Positions 63,559 through 64,000 of a stretch of 64,000 nucleotides of DNA are shown here, piece after piece (the stretch's first letter is position 1; every line of letters starts with the position of its first letter). Both the position numbers and the translations under genes were made by a program. The stretch spans positions 10,057,457-10,121,456 of the forward strand of contig NC_057751.1 in NCBI RefSeq assembly GCF_004010195.1, written 5' to 3'. The DNA is from Chiloscyllium plagiosum (lineage: Eukaryota). The notes beneath the pieces are model-generated. The model saw nothing but the letters and a program-made list of their open reading frames with translations. It was not told where the DNA came from and did no database searches.

Positions 63559-63628
63559 ATTTCTGCATTGAAGAAAAATGGCCTTTTACAGTCGCTTACG
63601 GCTGGAGTTGATGAAAAAAAGCATGAAG
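63559..63628 (+). CDS. Next candidate coding exon (ISALKKNGLLQSLTAGVDEKKHE-G)
   Basis: Acceptor tacttgtattccag|, donor AAG|GTGAGT, open in phase 0 with the preceding exon. Confidence 0.6.
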
Positions 63629-64000
63629 GTGAGTCTGTGGTTCTAAGGTTTGAATAGGATGTGCGTTTCAGTTTCTTTGAAGATTAACTCCTGCCTAGTA
63701 TCCTCTCCAGCCATGAATCAACTTGAATTGCAGCATTAAGTGTTCATGGCCAATGCAACAAAGTGGTTGTTGGAGCTGATAGGGCACAAATATATTTTGT
63801 GATGTAAGTTTCTAATTTATTATTATAATTTGTGAAATTAGTTTCTCAAGTATTTGTAAACAGGCTGTTGATTTTCAGTTCTGTCAATAAGACTTGTATT
63901 AGTTTCAGGAATACTTTGTTTTTTAGCAATGGGTCAAACAACAGTTCCAACAAATCATGCAAGTTAAATCAAATGGCCAGAGAAACTGCCTGCTGCACTA

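Overview
Eukaryotic genomic DNA, most likely a shark or other elasmobranch (inferred from HE1/V-SINEs, Deu-domain SINE relics and the CR1/Penelope families present). More than half the window is retrotransposon sequence: nested CR1-clade LINEs, a decayed near-complete L1/Tx1-like LINE, Penelope-like elements (PLEs), an RTE relic, SINEs and a probable solo LTR. A 760-N assembly gap lies at 30846-31605. Nearly all ORFs in the supplied track are decayed TE fragments or chance ORFs. The only well-supported host-gene signals are a CpG-rich housekeeping-type promoter at ~49.75-50.0 kb (two divergent ZNF143/SBS motifs, NRF1, ETS) and the 5' exons of an unidentified plus-strand gene (exons at 63264-63417 and 63559-63628). 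The most notable structure is a set of minimal type I hammerhead ribozyme cores (CUGANGA-stem II-GAAA-palindrome-NUH) carried by at least four PLE families, with family-specific compensatory stems. Many of them sit in short, young, TSD-flanked fold-back palindromes whose apex falls at the ribozyme core. Hammerheads in PLEs are known in general; the fold-back geometry and the intronic sense copies here are hypotheses to test. All alignments were made by eye.
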